A stretch of 63,503 bases of DNA, the filler included, from Pirum gemmata (taxonomy: Eukaryota): NCBI GenBank assembly GCA_002812295.1. It is 18 parts of 18 records of this genome, joined end to end, with 100 filler letters (N's around TTAATTAATTAA, not from the genome) between each part and the next. Parts side by side here need not be neighbours in the genome. Positions count along the whole stretch, not along the records: positions 59,340 to 63,503 come from PDIN01004041.1; 17 more parts are not named here. The stretch is one strand, 5' to 3'. The notes below the pieces were generated by a model. The model was not told the DNA's origin and made no database searches. It saw nothing but the letters and a program-made list of their open reading frames with translations. Below are positions 62,622-63,503 of this stretch, piece by piece (position 1 is the stretch's first letter; every line of letters begins with the position of its first letter). Both the position numbers and the translations under genes were made by a program.

Positions 62622-62991
62622 CAAGACGTATCCAGAAAGGTACTAGAAATCACAGTGAGGTCAGTAAGTTTTGTCAAGAATCTCATGGGACTTATGTCAA
62701 AGCAATTGATATTTACATACAGCACTTTTAAAGGAGATAAAGAAGAGAAAAATGAAAGATCGTAGTGCTCTAAAGGTTCTGAGAGAGACAGATTGGTAAG
62801 CTTGGTTAAGTTCTGCACTTGCTCGATACCTTTATATATATATATATATATATATGATTGATAACTATTACTAAACTGTTATTTTTTAAAAAGGATATCG
62901 TAATTTTAACATTATTAAAACGATTACGATTTTGATTCCTTTATAAATTTAACAAATACCTTTATTGGTGACTGTTTCACACATGTAATTA
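62622..62991 (-). CDS. Leucine-rich repeat protein fragment (2 exons; possibly a pseudogene)
   Basis: Exons complement 62991-62960 and 62829-62622 give CETVTNK|GIEQVQNLTKLTNLSLS...LSPLKVLYVN...LTKLTDLTV, i.e. LxxLxxLxL repeats. The flanking exons do not splice cleanly. Confidence 0.6.
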
Positions 62992-63503
62992 CTATATAAT
63001 ACAGTGATGTTTCAACCATGATTAAATTTATGATTATAGTTACATGTGTACATATGATTGTGGTTGTAGTTGTGATTAAGACTACTATTGCTATTCCTAT
63101 TACGATTAATGTTACATTAAATTATGACTATTAAAATATTTGAAATTAAGTTTCGACTGTATAACAATAATTTGTTTTTGGGAAAGTATCACTTAAGGCT
63201 CAGATTTCTTTATGCATAACTGTTTCTTTGAAGCTAATACTTTTGCTTCACTTCTAATTATAAGTGTGTTATGTTTACACTTACTACGATGCTTATGCTT
63301 ATTCGTATGATTACATTTATATTTACTGTTATTATTATTGTTATTGTTATTGTTATCCTTACTCTTATTCGTATTCGTATTCTTTTGCTTATGCTTATTC
63401 TTATTCTTATTCTTCTCCTTATTCTTATTCTTATTCTTATTCTTATTCTTATTCTTATTCTTATTCTTATTCTTACTCTTACTCTTACTCTTATTCTTAT
63501 TCT

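Overview
This is not one contiguous locus. The window is about 18 short scaffolds (mostly 2.9-3.0 kb; a few 3.7-7.1 kb) joined by an artificial 100-nt spacer (44 N + TTAATTAATTAA + 44 N), so neighbourhood across spacers means nothing. The DNA is very AT-rich and eukaryotic: GT-AG introns with CTAAC/CTAAT branch points, standard code with TAA stops, Asn-rich low-complexity exons, many microsatellites and interstitial TTAGGG arrays. A unicellular opisthokont such as an ichthyosporean is my inference only. Spliced genes I assembled by hand: a PhyH-like 2OG-Fe(II) dioxygenase with a frameshift, internal exons of DTD1, the N-terminus of an AZUL-domain UBE3A-like HECT ligase, a Trp-repeat protein, an LRR fragment, a claudin-like first exon, and an orphan gene whose introns are filled with telomeric repeats. 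Five intronless genes encode secreted or membrane proteins. The most striking is a type I membrane protein with two bacterial-style RTX Ca2+-binding repeat blocks, a furin site, a GxxxG transmembrane helix and an NPxF tail resembling integrin-beta/Sib tails. Intergenic DNA holds at least 8 MITE-like families, decayed LINE ORF1 zinc-knuckle relics, and tracts of TA-x-TA motifs that look like accumulated transposon excision footprints. All family assignments come from motif recognition, without database searches.
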